A stretch of DNA of 59,359 nt, counting the filler, from Platydemus manokwari (Eukaryota), in the NCBI GenBank assembly GCA_037951405.1. It is 6 parts of 6 records of this genome, joined end to end, with 100 filler letters (N's around TTAATTAATTAA, not from the genome) between each part and the next. Parts side by side here need not be neighbours in the genome. Positions count along the whole stretch, not along the records: positions 50,370 to 59,359 come from JBBMOY011318427.1; 5 more parts are not named here. One strand, 5' to 3'. Positions 52,881 through 59,359 of this stretch are shown here, in pieces. The notes under the pieces were generated by a model. That model had not been told where the DNA came from, did no database searches, and worked only from the letters and a program-made list of their open reading frames with translations. The position numbers and the translations under genes are program-made. Numbering within the stretch: position 1 is the first letter of the stretch; every line of letters begins with the position of its first letter.

Positions 52881-53205
52881 TTAGCGTTTATTCTCGTCTA
52901 TACAAGTTTGCTCGTTGTCCGAGACATCATTTGATCTGGTTCTTGTCCTAGATAGTAATATAGCTTTCCCTTGGTGGAATTGCCATTGCTGATATACGAA
53001 TTTGATGTTTGACCGTATATAATCGTAGCGTATTTTCTCCGATGTCTTTTTTGAAGCCAAGCTTGCGTATAATGATCTCGTTCTCGATTCCCAAGTGCCA
53101 AGAACTCCAATTATGAAAGTATAGAGCTCAACAATCCAGCCTGGCCTGACTTTCTTTATTTCTTTCCGGAGATCATCGTGCTTTGCCAAGTTGACTTCAT
53201 CTGCA
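52881..53205 (-). mobile_element. 5'-truncated RLE-type non-LTR retrotransposon 3' end
   Basis: NLAKHDDLRKEIKKVRPGWIVELYTFIIGVLGTW matches the C-terminal RLE endonuclease motif (KYxxL...VxxxxxIIGxLGxW). A second diverged copy lies at 8860-9290. Confidence 0.75.
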
Positions 53206-53983
53206 TTTTGTATTAAAAATAAATTAGAAAAATTATTTTTATGAGCTTCAAGTTTTTGCATATTTTTGTATGTTATAATTATTTACAAAATGAAACTCCA
53301 ATCCCCTTGTATTAAAATATCAAAAGGAAACACAAATATCGATCAATAAATTCAGACATTATAATTGGATAAGATTTACAGCACAAATAAAATCGGTATG
53401 AAATAATTCCTGTTACAAATTTAATTGCTTTACTCGATACTTTCACCCCTAGAAAGACAATATTCAAATCTATTATAACAATTCAATCAAAAACTCCGAT
53501 AAACTGTTCTATGAAAGAAATCCTAGTCTACTATTTTTTCACTAATTTTCGCTGAGTCTTCATACTACTTTCTATAGTCAAAAGCGTGTGAATTATTTTA
53601 TTCAATCGATTTTCTACATTTAAAACAAACATGATCTATTTCAAGTTTTCACAATTTACTGTGTTTATCTTCATTAAATTATTAATTTCATTCACACATA
53701 GAGCGTTTAAATAAGTGCATTGATGATTCAGATATTAAAAGTAATCACGTGATAAATAGCAAACCAGATTTTTCATCACAAATGCCATTATTGATTAAAA
53801 GTCTTTCATTGTTTAAATCGATAATAATTCCTTCATTTGATGATAAAAAGTGTGATCAGTTTGAAATATCGACCCCATGTAGAGTGTACTTTGAAAATAT
53901 GAATTTGTTAAAAACATAAAAATCGATAAGACCAAATCGATTTTACCAGCAAAAATAATCAAAAACACAAAATTAAAGAAAAT

Positions 53984-56380
53984 TTATTCATCAGGAGTTT
54001 CTTCTTCCTTCTTAGCTTTATTTTCTTTCAATTTCTACAAAATAAAAATCAATAATCATCTCTTCACAGCACATTTTCATTCACCTTCGGTCTGGATTTT
54101 TTAACTTTTCCGTCTCTCCATTTGCCTCCTTTCAATTCGGCACGAATTTTTCGTCCACCAATCACGATTTCGGGACCATCGATAACATCTTTCGCATGTT
54201 TTTGACTTGTAAAATGAACCTCAGCAATCCTGAACCAATGAAAACCGTCAAAAAAAAATCCACCAATCAAATCACGTTCTCATCACCCTTTGAATTCATC
54301 GCCACGTTTGACAATATTGATCAGTTTCGTATTTTTATATTTCCCCTTAATGTCATCGATTGTGACGGATTTCGGCAAATTGAAGAGCGTTATCACGTTG
54401 TCGTGCAATTTGGGCTTCTGTGATCTCTTGGATTTGTTGTTGCTGTTCTGATTGGTTTGTTCGGGCACGAAGGAACTTTTGGGAGCAAATTTACATTTGA
54501 TAGTTCGACCACCAATCACTTTGTCCTTGAACGCTTCCATGGCCAATGCGGCCAATTCGACAGACGCAAATGACAAATAGCAACACCTGGAACAATTAAA
54601 TCAATAAAATATCACCAATAGAGATCTCAGATTCGACAAACCCTTTGCTTTTGCCTTGAGCGTTTGTTGGGAATTTCAACGAGGCCGCCATGTCGAATTC
54701 TTTTTCCATTTCCTCTTTCGTGCATTTGAACGGCAGATTCGTGATATGGAGCTTGGTTTGGTCGACATCTTCGGAGGGTTTGTCGATGCTGGTGTGGACG
54801 AATTTAACGGACACCTAAACGGAACAACGTAATATCGTCATTGCAACAATCTCCTCTCGACCTTCGCGCCGTTGATTTCCTTTGTCGACAGCATTTCATA
54901 GGCTTCGGTGGCGTCCTTTTCCGTTTTGAAGGTCAAGAAGCACATCCTCTTGGCGCTCTTTTTGACGAGTTCGATCTTCGTGCAAGGTAGTTCGAGATTC
55001 TTTATCGTTTGGTAATCCGTCGAATCGGGAAGGCCACTGACTAACAGAGTCAACGATGTCGTTTCAAAGCTCGAATCTTCCACTGATTAATGCGTCATCA
55101 CAACCATTTGCAAATAAGTCAATCATTTTTTACCGAGTTTATATTTGAATTCCGCCACCAATTTATTGTTGTCCACAATCGATCCGTTCAATTTATCGAT
55201 GACAATCGACGAATGAACATCGGAAATCAGTTCAATCGATAACATTTGTGTTTTGGTCTTCTTGTTGTGAGTCTTGAAGAGATTCGTCTTCTTGATTTCC
55301 ACCTGCTGTGGCATCAAAGCTAAAATGTCATCCTAAAAATCGATCGATAACAGTACTGATTATTTTCAGCCAATAAAAATAAAGCGCGAATTACAATTTT
55401 CGTTTTGATATTGATATTCTTGACGATAATGATATGCTTATTATTGATCGTATTTCGTTGACAGAACGCAGCCAGTCGTTGAGCATTGCCGGTCAGTGAC
55501 GAAATGTGAGCGTTATCACAGTTGGGGAACGGTTTACTTGTGAGAAGATCATTCAATTTATTCAATGATTCGGTATCTTCTGTTTCGATAACGACATATT
55601 TACCATTATCGATTGTGATGGCATCGATCGGGACATCTCTTTTCGATAGAAAATTGCTCAACTCTTCTTTTGTGGCATCTTGGGGTAAATTTAAAATAAT
55701 TGCACAGCTTGTACGATTATCTATGAGGAAATATTTGATGTTTAATTTTATAATCGAATTAATTTTATAATCATTCTCACCTGATACAGTAGGTTTGATT
55801 TCGGATTCTTCCAAATTGGTATCAACTTCCATTAAATTATCTTCTGTAAATTAATAATAAAAAAAAGTTGGAAAATAATTGATTATAACCTTCTGATTGA
55901 GCTTTATTTTTTTTAGATTTCTCTTTTTTCTTCTTTTCTTTGACAGGGGAAATGTGCGACTGATTTGTTTCTAATTCATCTTCTTTGATTAAACTCTTAA
56001 TTTTTCTCGATAAATCTTTTTCATTAATAACATTAATAATAAAACTTTATCGTTCTCATTTGTTTCCTCGATTAAATTATCGCCATCATTGTCCTTTAAA
56101 GATGCTTCTGCATGCAAATATATAACATTTAAATACTACAAAATTATAAATATGAACCTTTTGATTTTGCTTTCTTTTTCTTTGCTTTATCTTTTTTATC
56201 TATTTCAACAATTTCTTTATCATTTACGCAAACAATTTCTTTCGGTTGACTTTCGTCATGTTTAAATATTTCTAGTTCATCTTCTAACTTACCTTGTTTT
56301 GTTAAATTTTTAATTTTCTTAGACAAATCTTTTTCTTTGCGCTTAGAATGCTTTAATGATTTTTTAGAAATTTTATCCAT
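53984..56380 (-). CDS. Nucleolin-like RNA-binding protein: Lys-rich N-terminus and about 5 RRM domains, many short introns
   Basis: ATG 56380 (MDKISKKSLK) to TAA at 53984 (..EETPDE*). RNP2-like AIILNL, IIVKNI, LLVSGL, LHITNL, ITLFNL; RNP1-like RMCFLTF, KG|CCYLSF, KG|IAEVHF. GT-AG introns of about 50 nt join the ORF-track fragments. Confidence 0.85.
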
Positions 56381-58531
56381 TCCTCGATTTTTTTAAAAAA
56401 TAATAGTAATATTTAAACAAGGGATTTTCAAAACTAATAATAACTAAATTTTAATTTCATAAAATCCAAATATAAATTCGTTTAAAAACTTCAGGAATTT
56501 GGTTCATTATATTTTAATCATACTTTTATTTTTATTTCAATTTTCAAAATAGTTGTGAAAAATTATAAAGATCAATTTTTAAATCGCATAAGAAAGATAG
56601 TGTTTCGATATTATTTTATGACAAATATGCTTATAATCTCAATATATTTGCATATAATATCTGTAATAACACAGTTACGTGAAACTGCAAAAAAACTAAT
56701 TAATTTCAAAAAATTGTTTATAAATAAAATTCTTTTACTCTTATCTATCTTTGTGTGTGAGTTAATGTTAATTGTTCTAGAATTCACAATGTGACATAAT
56801 TATTTATAACAATATAGCATTAAATAAAAAAATAAAAACCATCAAGGAATTAGGACACTCTTAATAATTCTTTCTTTAATGTGATATAAAAAGAACTCTG
56901 TGTTTATGAGTCATATAATGAAGCAGAAAACAGATTTATTACCAAAAATAAACATGCAGAGAAATAGCATTAAAATTTACAAATCAGAAAATGTTTTCAA
57001 TTAGAAGACTGTGCAATATGTTAAAAACATGACTTAAACTTTACAACAGCTCCAGAGCACTACTGTCATGGTTCAGATATTGAAGGCACTTTAATGCAAG
57101 GCTCACTTATGAATATTTCAATTTTATAATGCTGCTGATAATTAATTTCATTGTTATTATTAAGAATCAAATCTCAGCTATAACAATAAACTTGTGGTTC
57201 AATTAAATTTAATGTTTTCAGACTTAACATAACTCTACACTGTAATTTTTTCTGCTTTGAGTGTTCAGTTAATAAGGTAAGAAATTCTTATCATTAGAAT
57301 TAATAGTCAAACTAAATGAATAGTCTATAGTCTCATCTTATTGTTATTTTGTGTATTTTATTAAAGATTAAAATAAAATTTACAACTTGACACAGATTAT
57401 GGTTATTATTGATTTAATTTGAATTGTTTGGCAAAAATCAAATTTTTATTTGCTGTACACAAGGAGTCGATCTAGACTTCCTGTTTGAATATCTGAAATT
57501 GATTTTAATTTTTCAAAAATTTCATATCTATCTTCAAATTCAAATTTAATTGGCTTCAAACTGCAAGGAATAGGAATAAGGTTGTTATCGAAAATTAGTA
57601 GAGAGACTTAACATCAGATGAACTTCAATTTTTAATATGTATAACAATTTTTTTTTAAATTCACTTGACTCGCTCATTTTTATTGAAAAATAATATTATA
57701 AATGAACAACGTTTTGAAAAATATTATATTTAATGACTATGACATATCTATTCTTATTCAAGAATATAAATTTCGTACAGAAATTCTAATGATTTTGCTA
57801 AGTTTCAGTTGTTGGGAAGGCGTCTCAAGCATTAATATCTGAAGAAAGGATTAAACTGGACAACGATAAATGTAATATTCGACCACTTTCATTCGAAATG
57901 AATATAATTTACATTTTCATTTAATTTCTCTGCAATCCTCTCAATCAATTTTATTTTACTTTCTACTCACAACAATACGAAAATGATTTTACAATATTTT
58001 AATAATAATGATATTTATATAACATGTAATTCGATATTAAAATATATTTCAATTATCATGACATGAATTCTGCTGAACAATCACAATCCCAACCAACGTT
58101 TTTTTAAAAAATTCAACACGCTGTCACTTATAGAGCCGGAAAATTAAATAATTGGTAATTTATCAAGACTAAACCATTTGAGATCAGGCTAATTGTACAA
58201 ATAAAATTTTAATTAATTTAGAAATATAATATTATAATATTATTATTTCTTTAAAGAATATAAATGAATTCAATTCACTTCAATCAAGAAAGTATCAAGT
58301 TAATAATATTTTAATGTATGGAAGTATCTCAATTAAGGCTTTTATAATCGCTGTTCATAGTTTTAATCTCAAAATTCATATATAAATTTTAATTGTTTTT
58401 AAATATTTTCGACCAACTCTGGTACTCCCCTTGATTGATAAATGCATTTTGATTTGAGTAAAATTTTAATTTTATAAATATCGTCATTGTTTAATTATAT
58501 AACGTTAAGGAAATTCAATTTTTAAAATCTA

Positions 58532-59359
58532 ATGACGAGTAAAAGTAAAACTTTCTGAACTGTTTAATCACAATCATAATATTATTTATCAGTACCACCT
58601 AAGACTCCTGGCCCTGAAGTGATTGTTGTAAATCATCACATTGTTTCAATAAGTTGGGGTGACATTACGAAACGATTGGCCATTATAATGCCAGAAGATG
58701 AGCCCAGATATCTAGTGGAAATTTCTTTCAAGCTAATAAACAATTTTGATGAACCTTGGATAGTCAAATATATGTGATATTTGTATTTGTAATTAAATGA
58801 TTTTAAATTGTTTTAGGGGTTATGCTGAATCATGTGTTGTCGAAGATCTTAATCAGGATTCAACGTATGCTTATAGGTTAAGACTGCGTAGTAAGCGCGG
58901 TTGGGGAGATTATTCAGATGAGAAAACCATCCAAATTCCTAAAGAACCACTAACCGGCGATGATCTCCATCGAGCAATTATTATGAATGACGAGGCTTTA
59001 CTGTTAAAGCTTCTGCAAACTGGGTTTTTATAATTTTAAAAACAATTTCAAATTTTGTTATTTTAAGTTAGACAAATTCGATTGGATGTTCCAGACAGAT
59101 ATGATTATACTCCCTTGATGGCATGTGCGGTTCGCAATCTTGATAGGTAACTTTCAAATGTAAAATTAAAGGATTTATTTGTATTAATTTTAGATTGTTT
59201 ATGATATTGTTGGAATGCAAAGTTGATTTAGATTTTCAAAATAAAAGCGGAAAAACGGCTTTGATGCTGGCGGCAAATAAGGGCAATTCAAAATTAGTTC
59301 AATTACTTATCAATAGCGGAGCAAATCCACTTTTGAAAGTAATATACAACAATTATACA
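58532..59359 (+). CDS. FANK1: Fibronectin type III and ankyrin repeat domain protein 1 (5' part; runs off the window)
   Basis: ATG 58532 then spliced exons: PPKTPGPEVIVVNHHIVSISW..., GYAESCVVEDL...YRLRL...EPLTGDDLHRAIIMNDEALLLKLLQ, DVPDRYDYTPLMAC, NKSGKTALMLAANKG. Collinear with human FANK1 (VTHHSIELYW, GYATKHVVEGL, EPISSEHLHRAV, NGSGKDSLMLA). Confidence 0.92.

Noticed and set aside
54232-54286. C-box-like TGATGA in an intron of the nucleolin-like gene (possible snoRNA)
   Set aside because: The intron is only ~55 nt, with no D-box CTGA or terminal stem.

Overview
Very AT-rich eukaryotic (animal) genomic scaffold with mostly tiny (~37-60 nt) GT-AG introns and five 100-bp assembly gaps (44N + TTAATTAATTAA + 44N). 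The compact introns and composition suggest a reduced or parasitic invertebrate, but the species cannot be established from the sequence alone. Genes I can support: a class A (rhodopsin-like) GPCR with an intronless CDS (2493-3536,+); an isolated PTEN-family phosphatase exon missed by the ORF track, whose P-loop reads QCKAGK instead of HCKAGK (13613-13793,-); a 7+-exon secreted/surface protein with six Ig domains (22008-26998,-); an unknown 251-aa basic ORF (50416-51171,-); a nucleolin-like protein with about five RRMs (53984-56380,-); and the 5' part of FANK1 (58532 to the window end,+). Intergenic DNA holds many decayed mobile elements: mariner, a Chapaev3-like transposon with a nested hAT element, gypsy integrase, and two RLE-type non-LTR 3' ends. 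The most notable is a family of ~550-590 bp non-coding LTR mini-retrotransposons (TRIM-like: TG...CA LTRs, tRNA-Arg-type PBS, PPT, 5-bp TSD), present as three copies plus related solo LTRs. A decayed block at ~44-49.4 kb holds a SAM-methyltransferase fragment, a duplicated acidic/RING-like unit and a TM segment, and may be a relic virus-like or HGT island (inference only).
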